Shown here: positions 1-10,642 of the stretch, in pieces
How the letters are laid out: every line of letters begins with the position of its first letter
How positions within the stretch are numbered: position 1 is the first letter of the stretch
Assembly: GCA_035656495.1 (NCBI GenBank)
Contig: DASRSL010000273.1
Span: 8,524 to 72,523 of the forward strand
Length of the DNA: 64,000 bases
Direction of reading: 5' to 3'
DNA from: Roseiarcus sp.
GTDB taxonomy: Bacteria > Pseudomonadota > Alphaproteobacteria > Rhizobiales > Beijerinckiaceae
Notes under the pieces: generated by a model
The model's input: the letters and a program-made list of their open reading frames with translations, nothing else
The model's database searches: none
What the model was told of the DNA's origin: nothing
Made by a program: the position numbers and the translations under genes

Positions 1-310
1 CGCTGTGGCGCACCCCCGTGCCGGCCGACATCCTTTGCACGTCGCCCGGCCGGATCACCGACGACGCGTCCGTGCTGTCGCGGTGCGCCAGGGCGCCCTC
101 GACGACGTAGGAGATGATCTCCATGTCGCGATGCGGGTGGGTCGGGAACCCGCCGCCCGGCGCGACGCGGTCCTCGTTGATGACGCGCAGCGGCCCGAAG
201 CCCATGTGGTCCGGGTCATAATAGCCGCCGAAGGAAAACGTGTGCTTGCTGTCGAGCCAGCCGAAATTGGCCGAGCCGCGCTCTTCCGATCTTCTGATGA
301 CGCTGTTCAT
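1..310 (-). CDS. Pirin family protein (YhhW-like), 3' end outside the window
   Basis: Manual translation [69 protein letters not shown] has pirin cupin motifs; divergent from LysR. Confidence 0.9.
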   Translation of the reverse strand, partial: MNSVIRRSEERGSANFGWLDSKHTFSFGGYYDPDHMGFGPLRVINEDRVAPGGGFPTHPHRDMEIISYVVEGALAHRDSTDASSVIRPGDVQRMSAGTGVRHS

Positions 311-420
311 GAGTTCATGCTCGCTGGTGAGTATTGCCGTTGCCGCCTATCTAAGATGACCTGCATTACGAGACAATATGCTGATTTAGGCGCAGACCGT
401 CTCCTGTCTGGATACAATCA

Positions 421-1341
421 ATGGACAAGCTCGGCGCGATGAACGCCTTCGCCAAAGTGGTCGCCCTCGGCAGTTTTGCCGAGGGCGCGAGGGCGCTGGG
501 AACGACTCGGTCTGCGGTGAGCAAGGCGGTGATGGAGCTCGAGCACGTTCTCGGCGTTCGTCTCCTCGATCGAACGACCCGGCGCGTCCGGCCGACCGAG
601 GCGGGGCTCGCCTATTACGAGCGCTGTCTCGACATCCTGGCGCGCGTCGAGGAGACGGAAATGCAGGTGGCGCGCCTGCACGGCGAGCCGCGAGGGGTCC
701 TCAAGCTGAACGGCCCGGCCTCGTTCGGCGCGCTCTATCTGGCGCCGGCCGTCGCCGAGTTCATGGGCCGGCATCCGAAGCTCAAGATCGAGCTGACGCT
801 GACCGACCGCCTCATCGACCCGATCGAAGAAGGCGCGGACGTTACGGTCCGGATCGCGGAGCTGGCCGACTCGAGCCTTATCGCGCGAAAGCTCGCGCCG
901 GCCCGGCGAGCGTTCGTCGCCTCCCCCGACTATGTCGCAAGCCATGGGCAGCCCATGGAGCCCGACGACCTCGCCCGCCACGCCTGTCTGACCTATGGCC
1001 ACACGACCATGCTGCAGCGCTGGCGGATCGTGCGCGACGGCGAGGCGCTCAGCGTCCCGATCGATTCCGTCCTCTGTTCCAACAGCGGCGACGCTCTTCG
1101 GGCGGCGGCCTTGGCGGGACGCGGCGTCGCGCTTCTGCCGACGTTCCTGGTCGGACGGGACATCCAATCCGGAAGCCTCAGGACCGTCCTCGACCGCTTT
1201 CCGCAGCCGGCGCTTGCCATTCACGCGCTCTTTGCATCGAACCGCTATCTTGCCGCCAAGACTCGTGCGTTCATCGACTTCCTCGCCGAGCGCTTCGGCG
1301 AGGAGCCGGAATGGGACCGCTTTCGCCGCTCGCCAGCCTGA
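421..1341 (+). CDS. LysR family transcriptional regulator
   Basis: N-terminal LysR HTH (GSFAEGARALG..SAVSKAV..LE..LGVRLLDRTTR) plus substrate-binding domain. Confidence 0.95.
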   Translation: MDKLGAMNAFAKVVALGSFAEGARALGTTRSAVSKAVMELEHVLGVRLLDRTTRRVRPTEAGLAYYERCLDILARVEETEMQVARLHGEPRGVLKLNGPASFGALYLAPAVAEFMGRHPKLKIELTLTDRLIDPIEEGADVTVRIAELADSSLIARKLAPARRAFVASPDYVASHGQPMEPDDLARHACLTYGHTTMLQRWRIVRDGEALSVPIDSVLCSNSGDALRAAALAGRGVALLPTFLVGRDIQSGSLRTVLDRFPQPALAIHALFASNRYLAAKTRAFIDFLAERFGEEPEWDRFRRSPA

Positions 1342-1471
1342 GGCGTCCGCCGGAGCCTTGGTTCTGGCGAGGTCTTTGCGTGGACATGATTTTCGGATCG
1401 AAATTGGCGCGTTGCGTTTTGCGACTCGGGAGTCGCCGAGGTCGGCGACCAACAAGGAGGCGGAGGCAGCC

Positions 1472-1924
1472 ATGATGAGGACGATGTTTGCGATCGTCGC
1501 GGTTACGGCGAGCGCCGGGGTAGCGCTGGCGGCGGCGACCGGCGCCGCGGCGATCAAGGAGCGCCAGGACCTGATGAAGGCCGACGGCGCGGCGACGAAG
1601 CCGGTCGTGGCGATGCTGCAGGGCAAGGCGCCGTTCAATCTCGCGACGGTGCAGAAGACGTTGAAGACCTACGTGAACGCCATGAGCAAGGAGCCCGATC
1701 TTTTCCCGCCCGACAGCAAGACGGGCGACAAGACGCAAGCCTTGCCCGCCATCTGGGAGGACGACAACCTCGCCGATCTCACTACGCGGTTCAAAAAGCT
1801 GGGCGCGGACGCCTCCGCCGCGCTCGCCTCGATCAAGGACGAGGCGAGTTTCAAGGCGACGATGCCGGGCGTGCTCAAGAACTGCGGCGGCTGTCACGAA
1901 AAATACAAGGCGAAGCAGCAGTAG
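1472..1924 (+). CDS. Cytochrome c'/c556 (class II)
   Basis: Signal peptide, IKERQDLMK, C-terminal CGGCHEKYK heme motif. Confidence 0.9.
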   Translation: MMRTMFAIVAVTASAGVALAAATGAAAIKERQDLMKADGAATKPVVAMLQGKAPFNLATVQKTLKTYVNAMSKEPDLFPPDSKTGDKTQALPAIWEDDNLADLTTRFKKLGADASAALASIKDEASFKATMPGVLKNCGGCHEKYKAKQQ

Positions 1925-1957
1925 CGGACCCGCGAGCCCGCAACGGCTGAGCGGGAC

Positions 1958-2914
1958 ATGCGCGCATGGATGGCCTCTGCGTTCGGCCTCGCCGCGATCC
2001 TCGTCGCGGCCGGGGCCGCCGCGGCATGGTTCGTGACCGCACCCCGCCGGATCTCCGCGGAAGTCGCGGCGGCGGTGTCGGAGCCCGGCGATCCCGAGAC
2101 GGGGAAGACCGTTTTCTACATCGCCGGCTGCGACTCCTGCCACATGTCGCCGGGGCAAAAAGACCCGCTGCGCCTCGGCGGCGGCATGGAGCTGAAGACG
2201 CCGTTCGGCTCGTTCTATCCACCGAACATTTCGCCCGACCCGAAGGATGGGATCGGGTCATGGAGTGCGGCCGACTTCGCCAACGCCGTGATGGCGGGGG
2301 TGACGCCGCGCGGCCGGCATCTTTATCCGGCGTTGCCCTACACGTCCTATTGCCGCATGTCGATCAAAGACGTGCGCGACCTGTTCGCCTTCCTGCGCAC
2401 GACACCGCCGGTCTCGGGGCGCGCGCCGTCGAACGCGCTCGTCTTTCCGTTCGCGATCCGGCGCGGGATCGGGTTCTGGAAGCTGCTCTACATGCCTCGG
2501 ATCGATCCGATCGCGGTCAATCCGACTGGCGAGGAGGCGCTGGGCCGCTATCTGGTCGAGGGGCCAGGACATTGCGCAGAATGCCACTCGCCCCGTGACC
2601 TTATCGGGGGAATCATCGCGCAGCGCCGGCTGACCGGCGGCCCGCTCCCGGACGGCAAGGGCAAAGCGCCCGACATCACCGCGCACGGCCTCAGGAACTG
2701 GTCGGAGGACGACGTCGCCACCGCCCTCTCGACCGGCTTCACCCCGACGGGCGACGTGCTCGGCAGCGCGATGGCCGCGGTGGTCCGCAGCCTCTCGAAC
2801 GCGCCGTCGGCCGACCTCGCGGCGATCGCCCATTACCTCAAGACGTATGACGCGGGAGCGGCGCGCCAAGAGGCCCCCGCCCCACAGCCGCCGGTCGAAC
2901 TGCGCCACGATTGA
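1958..2914 (+). CDS. Membrane-anchored diheme cytochrome c
   Basis: CDSCH and CAECH motifs; TPFGSFYPPNISPD typical of dehydrogenase cytochrome subunits. Confidence 0.9.
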   Translation: MRAWMASAFGLAAILVAAGAAAAWFVTAPRRISAEVAAAVSEPGDPETGKTVFYIAGCDSCHMSPGQKDPLRLGGGMELKTPFGSFYPPNISPDPKDGIGSWSAADFANAVMAGVTPRGRHLYPALPYTSYCRMSIKDVRDLFAFLRTTPPVSGRAPSNALVFPFAIRRGIGFWKLLYMPRIDPIAVNPTGEEALGRYLVEGPGHCAECHSPRDLIGGIIAQRRLTGGPLPDGKGKAPDITAHGLRNWSEDDVATALSTGFTPTGDVLGSAMAAVVRSLSNAPSADLAAIAHYLKTYDAGAARQEAPAPQPPVELRHD

Positions 2915-3075
2915 CACGGGATGAAATCGGCCGCCAAACGGCCAGCTTCGCCGTCCGTCACGGAGAGCGCGGCGCCGAGACGATTCACGGACGGACCGGC
3001 AGAGCCGCCTCAGTGAACCCGGGGTTAAGGGAACGACGATAACATCCGCGGATCCTTCACGTTGTCGGGCGTCTC

Positions 3076-3210
3076 TTGACCGGAACATTCCGTTTCGTCC
3101 TTGCGCTGATCGTCGTCTTTTCGCACCTTGCGGGATCGAGATACGCCGCGCACATGGGCTTCTACGCCGTCAGGGCGTTTTTCGTCCTGTCGGGCTACGT
3201 GATGCCCGAT
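3076..3210 (+). pseudogene. N-terminal fragment of an acyltransferase-3 family gene
   Basis: GTFRFVLALIVVFSH...AVRAFFVLSGYVM, then similarity is lost. Confidence 0.6.
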
Positions 3211-3298
3211 GGCTTTCGGACGGGGAGGGCGGCAAGCGGATCGTCGCGGCAGCAAAAGGTTGCCCCGCGTCCCGGCAGTTGTGACGCCAGGCGATGCT

Positions 3299-4621
3299 TC
3301 ACCCCCCTTCGTCGTACTCCATCGAAATATCCTTTCCCGTGTAATCCGGCATGAGCCCTGCGGATATCAGGCTGATCACCGCGCATATCGCAATGTAGAC
3401 CGCGATCGCATATCCGCTGCGGTAGTGCGCAAACAGCGCGGTGGCGATCAGCGGCGCCGGTCCGCCGGCGATGACGGAGGCGAACTGATAGCCGAGCGAC
3501 GCGCCGCTGTAGCGCAGGCGCGGCGTGAACGCTTCGGCGATCAGCGCCGCCTGAGGTCCGTACATCATGTCGTGCGGGATCAGCGACAGCACGATGGCGA
3601 TGAACACAGCCGAGGCGAAGCCGCTGCCCAGCATGCCGAAATAGAGGAAGCCGAACAGCCCGGTCGCGGCCGCGCCGATCAGATACATCAAACGCCGCCC
3701 GATGCGGTCGGAGATATGACCGAAGAGCGGAATGGAGACGAAGGAGACCACGGAAGCGACCAGCACCGCGCTCAGGATCAGGTCGCGCGGCATCTTCAAC
3801 GTGCTGACGCCGTAGGCGAAGACGAAGGCGGTGAAAATGTAGAACGGCGCCTGTTCGGCCATGCGCACCAAAGCGGAGAGGATGATTTCCCGCGGCTGGC
3901 GCTTCACCACCTCCAGGACGGGGGCGCGCTCGAGACGGTTGGCTTCGACCAGTTGGCGGAACACCGGGGTTTCCAGGATGCCGAGGCGGATCCACAGCCC
4001 GATGCCGATCAGCACGATGCTGAGCGCGAAGGGGACCCGCCAGCCCCAGGTCGCGAATCCAGGACCCGCCCAGGCGCTGACCGCCAGGATGACCAGGTTG
4101 GAGAGGAACAGACCCGCGGGCACGCCGAACTGCGGCCAGGAGGCGACGAGGCCGCGGCTGCCGTGGCTGCGCGCCCATTCCATTGCGATCAGCACCGAGC
4201 CTCCCCATTCGCCGCCCACCCCGATGCCTTGCAACATGCGAAGGACGGTGAGGATGACCGCGCCCCAGGCGCCGATGGCGGCGTAGCCGGGCACGAAGGC
4301 GACCAGGAAGGTGGAGACGCCCATCAGCAGCAGGGTGGCGATCAGCGTCGCCTTGCGGCCGATCCGGTCGCCGTAATGGCCGAAGATCGCGGCCCCGATC
4401 GGGCGGCCGATGAAGCCGACGAAATACGTGCCGAAGGCGGCCAGCGTGCCGGTCACCGGGTCCTCCTTCGGAAAGTACAGCGCCGGGAAGATGAGGCCGG
4501 CGGCGGTGCCGTAGATGAAGAAGTCGTACCACTCGATGGTTGTGCCGACGGTGGCGGCGATGACCGCCTTGCGCAGCTCGGCGGCGTGTTCGTCCTCGGA
4601 CATTGGCGTGGCGTACGCCAT
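3299..4621 (-). CDS. MFS transporter, metabolite:H+ symporter (ShiA-like)
   Basis: GTTIEWYDFFIYG, GHYGDRIGRK, GGEWGG motifs. Confidence 0.93.
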   Translation of the reverse strand: MAYATPMSEDEHAAELRKAVIAATVGTTIEWYDFFIYGTAAGLIFPALYFPKEDPVTGTLAAFGTYFVGFIGRPIGAAIFGHYGDRIGRKATLIATLLLMGVSTFLVAFVPGYAAIGAWGAVILTVLRMLQGIGVGGEWGGSVLIAMEWARSHGSRGLVASWPQFGVPAGLFLSNLVILAVSAWAGPGFATWGWRVPFALSIVLIGIGLWIRLGILETPVFRQLVEANRLERAPVLEVVKRQPREIILSALVRMAEQAPFYIFTAFVFAYGVSTLKMPRDLILSAVLVASVVSFVSIPLFGHISDRIGRRLMYLIGAAATGLFGFLYFGMLGSGFASAVFIAIVLSLIPHDMMYGPQAALIAEAFTPRLRYSGASLGYQFASVIAGGPAPLIATALFAHYRSGYAIAVYIAICAVISLISAGLMPDYTGKDISMEYDEGG

Positions 4622-4800
4622 AACCGATCCTCCCTGCTGCGACATTTTTCTCTGATAATGGATTCGATATATACCTGTAAAAATTGCACGCGTCATGGCG
4701 GCGAACAAGAGGTTTTGGCCGGAATACGCCGGCGGAGGTTCGCCGCTTCTTGCTTCCCCGCCCCGGCCCTCTTATTTACGGGACTGAAGGAGCCGTCCGC

Positions 4801-5364
4801 ATGTTCATCCAGACCGAAGCCACCCCCAATCCGGCGACGCTGAAATTCCTGCCCGGCCGCATCGTGATGGAGGAAGGGACGTTCGAGGCGCGTGACGCGG
4901 CCGAGGCCGAACGCTCGCCGCTCGCCAAGGCGCTGATGGAACTGCCGGGGGTCGGCGGCGTCTTCTTCGCCAACGACTTCATCTCGGTGACCAAGACCGA
5001 CGGCGAGTGGCAGCATCTCAGGCCGGCGGTGCTCGGCGTGGTGACCGAATTCTTCCTTTCGGGCGAGCCGCTCCTCGAGACGGGCGGCGCCGACGCCGTG
5101 GCGGCGGGCGAGTTTTTCGACGCCAAGGACGCCGAGACGGTCGAGGCGATCAAGGAGCTGATCGAGACGCGCGTGCGTCCCGCGGTAGCGGGCGACGGCG
5201 GCGACATCATTTTCAGGGGGTATCGCGATCGCGTCGTCTATCTGAAAATGAAAGGCGCCTGCTCCGGCTGCCCCTCCTCGACCGCGACCTTGAGACACGG
5301 AATCGAGAACCTTTTGAGGCACTTCCTGCCTGACGTTCAGACGGTGGAGCAGTGGGAGGGCTGA
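4801..5364 (+). CDS. NifU/NfuA-type Fe-S scaffold protein
   Basis: MFIQTEATPNPATLKF and GACSGCPSS motifs. Confidence 0.93.
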   Translation: MFIQTEATPNPATLKFLPGRIVMEEGTFEARDAAEAERSPLAKALMELPGVGGVFFANDFISVTKTDGEWQHLRPAVLGVVTEFFLSGEPLLETGGADAVAAGEFFDAKDAETVEAIKELIETRVRPAVAGDGGDIIFRGYRDRVVYLKMKGACSGCPSSTATLRHGIENLLRHFLPDVQTVEQWEG

Positions 5365-5377
5365 GGCCCACGAGGGC

Positions 5378-5944
5378 ATGATCTACGGTCGGCTCATCCT
5401 CGCCTGCTGGCTCGTCTTGATTGCGGTCTGGTTCGCGATGGCGCGCCGGGGCAAGATAGTCGCCGAGCGCGAATCCGCTTTTTCGACGCTCTCGCACTAT
5501 GGGCCGCTCGCCGTCGGCATCTATCTTCTGGCGGCGCCGCGCGTGCCGCTCTTTCCGCTCGACCTCCGTTTCGTGCCGTTCGCCCTGTGGCCAGTCCAGC
5601 TTGGCGCGGCGCTGACGGTCGCGGGCGTGGCGTTCGCCATCTGGGCGCGGGCGATGATCGCCGGCAACTGGAGCTCGAGCGTCACGCTGAAGCGCGACCA
5701 TGAGCTCATTGTTAAGGGGCCCTATCGCATGGTCCGCCATCCGATCTACACGGGCATTCTCCTCGGCCTGATCGGAACGGCGCTCGCCGTCGGCGAATGG
5801 CGCGCCCTGCTCGGCGTCGCCATCGCGGCAGCGGCCTTCTGGCGCAAGCTCAGGATCGAGGAGGCGGTGATGCGCCGGCAGTTCGGCGAGGCCTACGCGC
5901 GTTATGCGAAGCGCACGCCGGCGCTGGTGCCGTTCTTGATCTGA
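5378..5944 (+). CDS. Isoprenylcysteine carboxyl methyltransferase family membrane protein
   Basis: HELIVKGPYRMVRHPIYTG...EE..M...FG..Y..Y motif. Confidence 0.88.
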   Translation: MIYGRLILACWLVLIAVWFAMARRGKIVAERESAFSTLSHYGPLAVGIYLLAAPRVPLFPLDLRFVPFALWPVQLGAALTVAGVAFAIWARAMIAGNWSSSVTLKRDHELIVKGPYRMVRHPIYTGILLGLIGTALAVGEWRALLGVAIAAAAFWRKLRIEEAVMRRQFGEAYARYAKRTPALVPFLI

Positions 5945-6091
5945 GGCGCGGCCTGGTCAGCTCGAGTCCTCCCCCACGGTTTGGCCGCGCCTTGGGGATC
6001 ATGGCGCGCACCGAGAGCCCGAGTGAATTCACCAAGCCATAGGGCGTCCCTGTTGTTGCGCCTATCTCAAAAATGAGATCGCAGGCTTACC

Positions 6092-6414
6092 GTGCCTTGG
6101 CGCGTGGAGATTCTCAACGAAACGGTCGCGGAGGAGATCGCCGGCCTGCCAGGCGACATGCAGGCGGGGTTTCTGCGGCTCGCGGAGCGCATTGCTTCAG
6201 CGGGGCTGGAGCGCTTGAGCGAGCCGCACGTGAAGCACGTCGTGGGGAAGCTATGGGAATTGCGGCTGACTGGCCGAGATGGAATAGCTCGCGCTCTTTG
6301 CGTGACCGCGGTCGGACAAAGGGTCGTCGTCCGCGCTTTCAATCAAGAAGACGCAAAAGAACGCCGCGCGCCGAGATCGAGCTTGCGCTCGCGCGAGCGA
6401 AGGAGATCGAATGA
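6092..6414 (+). pseudogene. RelE/HigB (Gp49-like) toxin, frameshifted
   Basis: EPHVKH..GKLWELRL; C-terminal KTPRAEIELALARAKEIE lies in another frame (extra A's near 6341 and 6360). Confidence 0.8.
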
Positions 6415-6418
6415 CAAT
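6303..6418 (+). repeat. Imperfect ~116 bp direct repeat, copy 1 (copy 2 at 10643-10759)
   Basis: tgaccgcggtcggac...gagatcgaatgacaat present at both sites. Confidence 0.9.
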
Positions 6419-6692
6419 TTCGTTTGACGAACTTAAGGCTCGTCTCCTTGCGGATCCCAAGGTCAAGGCCGAGTACGATGCGCTCGCTCCGGAGTTCGAG
6501 ATAGCCGCAGAACTGCTTAAGGCTCGGCTCCGCGCGGGCCTCTCGCAAGCCGAATTGGCCGCGCGGATGGGCACCAGTCAATCCACGGTCGCCCGACTGG
6601 AAAGCGGGCAAACGCTGCCAAGCACGAAAACCCTTTTGCGCTATGCAAAGGCCACCGGCAGCAAATTCCACGTGCGGCTGTCCGCAGCTTGA
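6411..6692 (+). CDS. XRE/HigA-type HTH antitoxin
   Basis: EYDALAPEF, ARLRAGLSQAELAARMGTSQSTVARLESG; ATGA overlap with the toxin stop. Confidence 0.9.
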   Translation: MTISFDELKARLLADPKVKAEYDALAPEFEIAAELLKARLRAGLSQAELAARMGTSQSTVARLESGQTLPSTKTLLRYAKATGSKFHVRLSAA

Positions 6693-6900
6693 CTGAGCGC
6701 AACGCCCATCACCTCGCCATCCTCTCATTGCCCGCAGCGGGTAGATCACCGCGACGATGATGAGCCGGTCGCCACGAGTCCCACGCTCACGCCGAAGGTG
6801 TTCAGCATGGTGTGCGAGGCGCTCGTAAGATTGGCCTATCTGGCGCCAAGGCCGTATCCCGCGCTCACCCTCCTATTCCGCCTTCGCAAATTCCGCCCCC

Positions 6901-7944
6901 CTACCCGATCCGCTTGCGCGATTTGGCGAAGGTGTCGAAGGCCACGGCAAGGACGATGATGAATCCGATAATGATCTGTTGGATGTAGGAGGAGACGTTC
7001 ATCAGCACCAGGCCGTTCAGCAGCACGCCGATCAGCATCGTGCCGACGACGGTGCCGAAAATCGTTCCCACGCCGCCGAAGAGACTGGTTCCGCCGATGA
7101 CGACCGACGCGATGACCGTGAGCTCGTAGCCGGTCCCGGCGACCGCCTCGGCCGAATTGAGCCGCGCCGAAAGGATGAAGGCGCCGAGTCCGGCGAAGAA
7201 GCCGGTGAGCACGTAGACGCTGAGAATGATCCGGCGCACGTTGAGGCCGGAGAGACGCGCCGCCTCCGGGTTGCCGCCGACGGCATAAACCTGGCGCCCG
7301 TAGCGCGTGTAGCGCAAGACGACGTGGCAGGCTGCCGCGCAGATCAGAAAGATGATCACCGGCACCGGGATCGGCCCGATCTTGCCCTGCCCCCACCAGA
7401 CATAGCTCGTGTCGAAGCCGCTGATCGGCCCACCGCTGCCGAACAAAAGCGCCGCGCCGCGCCAGGCCGACATGCCGCCGAGGGTGACGACGAACGGCGG
7501 GACTTTCAGCCGGGTGATGGCGACCCCCTGGACGAATCCCCCGGCCGCTCCGACGAGAATCGCAATCAGCACCGCTACGCCCCAGCCGTAGCCGAGCGCG
7601 GCCTCGCCGGAGCCGACGATAAAGCGATGGGCGAGGCCGCCCTTGTCGACCGCCGCCGCCACCATCCCGCAAAAGGCGAGCAGCGAGCCGACCGACAGGT
7701 CGATGCCCGCTGTCAAAATCACGAACGTCATGCCCAGGGACAGGAGCCCGACAATCGAAACCTGGCGCATCACATTGAGCAGGTTCAACGGGCTCAGAAA
7801 GCGGGGCTGGCCGATGGCGAACGCCGTCATCAGGACGGCCAGGAATATGAGCGGGGCAAAGCGGGCGAGAGACCCGATCACATCGATCCTCGCCCCGCTG
7901 ACCGTTTTCGCGCGGGGCGCGTCAGCCGTGCCTGCCTTCCTCAT
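6901..7944 (-). CDS. Sugar ABC transporter permease (RbsC-like)
   Basis: GIDLSVGS, YAVGGNPEAARLSG, IASVVIGGTSL. Confidence 0.95.
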   Translation of the reverse strand: MRKAGTADAPRAKTVSGARIDVIGSLARFAPLIFLAVLMTAFAIGQPRFLSPLNLLNVMRQVSIVGLLSLGMTFVILTAGIDLSVGSLLAFCGMVAAAVDKGGLAHRFIVGSGEAALGYGWGVAVLIAILVGAAGGFVQGVAITRLKVPPFVVTLGGMSAWRGAALLFGSGGPISGFDTSYVWWGQGKIGPIPVPVIIFLICAAACHVVLRYTRYGRQVYAVGGNPEAARLSGLNVRRIILSVYVLTGFFAGLGAFILSARLNSAEAVAGTGYELTVIASVVIGGTSLFGGVGTIFGTVVGTMLIGVLLNGLVLMNVSSYIQQIIIGFIIVLAVAFDTFAKSRKRIG

Positions 7945-9467
7945 GCCGCCCTCGCCCCAAGCGTCATCATGGCCATCAGCTTTTCCTGGCTCGCCTCCGC
8001 GTGGCCGATCTGGCCCGTGACGCGCCCTTCGCGAAGCGTAACGATACGGTCGCTGATCGCCAGCACCTCCGGCAGCTCCGACGATATGGCGACGACCGCG
8101 ATTCCCGATTGCGCCATCTCGAACAGCAAGTTGTGGACCTCGACCTTCGCGCCGACGTCGATCCCGCGCGTCGGCTCGTCGACGATCAGCACCTTCGGGC
8201 GCATCGCGAGCCAGCGGGCGAGCACGACTTTCTGCTGGTTGCCGCCGGAGAGATTGGCGACCGACTGCTCCGCGCTGGTCATCCGGATGTTGAGCGCTCG
8301 GCGAAATCCGTCCACCAGGGCGAGCTCGGCCTTCTCGTCGACGAACATGCCCCAGCGGCTGATGCGGCCGAGCACCGCCATGCTGAGATTGGCGCGCACC
8401 GCGAGCGACAGGAACAGCGCCTGCTGCTTGCGGTCCTCGGGCACGAGCCCGATGCCGTGACGGATCGCGTCCTCGGGCGAGCGGATGCGGATCTCCGCGC
8501 CGTCGACAATGATGCGGCCGCTGTCGAAAGCGTCGGCGCCGAAGATCGCGCGCGCCATCTCGGTGCGGCCCGCGCCGATCAGCCCCGCGATCCCGAGAAT
8601 CTCGCCCCGCCGCACCTCGAGATCGACATGATCGAGCACGGTCGCGTGCGGGTCCTGCGCGTCGCCGCGGCGGGTCAGCCCCTCGACCCTCAGCACGACG
8701 GCGCCGCTCTCGGCGGCGGCGCGCCGGGCATAGAGCTCATTTACCTGCCGCCCAACCATGAGGCGAATGATGTCCTCGATGCTGGCGTCTGCGACCGAGC
8801 CTGAGCCGACCTGGCGGCCGTCGCGGAGCACGGTGTAGCGGTCGCAGATCGCCATCACCTCCTCGAGGCGGTGGGTGACGAAGATCACGCTGATGCCGCT
8901 CGCTTTGAGATCGCGAACGATGCGGAAAAGCTTGTCCACCTCGACGGAGCTCAACGCCGATGTCGGCTCGTCCATCACGATCAGCCGCGACGCCATCGAC
9001 AGGCCGCGCGCGATCTCTACCAGTTGCTGTTCGGCGACGCTGAGATCGCGCACCAGCGTCATCGGATCGAGCTCGAGCCCGAGCCGCCGGATGATGGCCT
9101 TTGTTTCGGCGGCGAGCCTTCGCCAGCTGACGAAGGGACGAAGCCCTGGCTCGCGCCCGATGAAAACATTCTCGGCGATCGTGAGGTTCGGAGCCAGCGT
9201 CAGCTCCTGATAGATGGTGACGATGCCGAGTTTCTGGGCGTCATGCGGCGTCTGGAGATCGATCGGCCTGCCCGAGAAGGCGATCTCGCCGGCGTCCGGC
9301 GGCTGGGCGCCGGACAGGATCTTGAGCAGCGTCGACTTGCCGGCCCCGTTCTCGCCGAGGAGCGCATGGATCTCCGCCGGCGCGACCGCGAAATCGACCG
9401 AATCGAGCGCGGTCACGCCGGGAAAGCGCTTGGTGATCCCGGTCACGCTGAGGATCGGATCAGCCAT
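7941..9467 (-). CDS. Sugar ABC transporter ATP-binding protein (RbsA-like)
   Basis: [21 protein letters not shown]; two ABC domains. Confidence 0.96.
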   Translation of the reverse strand: MADPILSVTGITKRFPGVTALDSVDFAVAPAEIHALLGENGAGKSTLLKILSGAQPPDAGEIAFSGRPIDLQTPHDAQKLGIVTIYQELTLAPNLTIAENVFIGREPGLRPFVSWRRLAAETKAIIRRLGLELDPMTLVRDLSVAEQQLVEIARGLSMASRLIVMDEPTSALSSVEVDKLFRIVRDLKASGISVIFVTHRLEEVMAICDRYTVLRDGRQVGSGSVADASIEDIIRLMVGRQVNELYARRAAAESGAVVLRVEGLTRRGDAQDPHATVLDHVDLEVRRGEILGIAGLIGAGRTEMARAIFGADAFDSGRIIVDGAEIRIRSPEDAIRHGIGLVPEDRKQQALFLSLAVRANLSMAVLGRISRWGMFVDEKAELALVDGFRRALNIRMTSAEQSVANLSGGNQQKVVLARWLAMRPKVLIVDEPTRGIDVGAKVEVHNLLFEMAQSGIAVVAISSELPEVLAISDRIVTLREGRVTGQIGHAEASQEKLMAMMTLGARAA

Positions 9468-9541
9468 CAACCCGGCTCATCTCAAGAGTGGAGCACGCGC
9501 CGGAAGCTTTTCTAAGCGCGCGCTTCCTGGGCCGTTTCGGA

Positions 9542-10507
9542 CTATTTGACCTCGTTGAGGCGCTCAGCCTGATCGAGGTTGTCCTTGGTGATCGCGATCG
9601 GGGTCAACAGAGTGACTTTCTGGGCCGGCTTCTTGCCGTCCCTGAGGAAGGCCACCATCGTATCGAGGGCGCCCTTGCTCTGACCTCCCGGCAACTGCTC
9701 GATCGTCGCGGTCATGTTTCCGTCGCGGATCTGTCCAAGGGCCTCGGGCAGGGCGTCGAAGCCGATCAGCTTGACCTTGCCGACGAGATTGCGGGCCTTG
9801 AGCGTCTGGAGCGCGCCGAGCGCCATGTCGTCGTTCGCGCAGACGATGACGTCCGGCGGCGTCTTCATGCTGTCGAGCGCGGATTCGGCCATCGCCATGC
9901 CCTTGGACCGGTCGAAGGCGGCCGTGTCCTCAAACACGAACTTGTACTTGTCCTTGGCCGTGTCGAGGACGTTGTGGAGGCCCTTGTTGCGGTCGATTGC
10001 GGGGCTGGATCCCGATTGTCCCTGCAGGTTCATGACGCTGGCGCCGTTCGGGAACAGCTTCATGATCAGCTCGCCCTGGGCCTCGCCGCCTTTCACGTTG
10101 TCGGCGCCGACATGGGCGAGGATCCCCGGCACCTTGTCGACCCGGCGGTCGATCGTGACGACCGGGACTTTCGCGTCGACGGCCTCCTGCAGCGCCGGCG
10201 CCATGGCGTCGACCTCGTTCGGGCTGATGATGATTCCGTCGACGCCCTGCGTGATCGCGGCCTCGACGTCGGCGGTCTGCTTGGGCGACGAGCCGGTGCC
10301 GTCGGCCACTGCAATGTCGATGCCGCCGAGCTTCGTGGCCTCGCCGTTCATCGCATCCACCATGTGGACGAAGAACGGGAAGGCCATGTTCGGCAGCGAA
10401 ACGATGATCTTCAGCTGCTTGCCTGCCGCTTCGGCCGGCGCGCTCAGAGCCAACGCGACCGCAACGGCGCCGCCGAGCAGCGCCAACTTTCTCAAACCGC
10501 GCATCAT
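9542..10507 (-). CDS. Sugar ABC transporter periplasmic binding protein (RbsB-like)
   Basis: Signal peptide, VPVVTIDR, ANDDMALGA, IGFDA. Confidence 0.94.
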   Translation of the reverse strand: MMRGLRKLALLGGAVAVALALSAPAEAAGKQLKIIVSLPNMAFPFFVHMVDAMNGEATKLGGIDIAVADGTGSSPKQTADVEAAITQGVDGIIISPNEVDAMAPALQEAVDAKVPVVTIDRRVDKVPGILAHVGADNVKGGEAQGELIMKLFPNGASVMNLQGQSGSSPAIDRNKGLHNVLDTAKDKYKFVFEDTAAFDRSKGMAMAESALDSMKTPPDVIVCANDDMALGALQTLKARNLVGKVKLIGFDALPEALGQIRDGNMTATIEQLPGGQSKGALDTMVAFLRDGKKPAQKVTLLTPIAITKDNLDQAERLNEVK

Positions 10508-10642
10508 TTTCCTCCCTGTCCCCTCAAAAGCGGGGCCGCGGCAAATTGAACTTCGCCGCCGGGCCTGTCAATTTGGCGAAGCGCTTTCGCCGCAACAACG
10601 CGCGGCCGACGGCCTGCTGCCCGAAAATCGACTCGCCGCCGA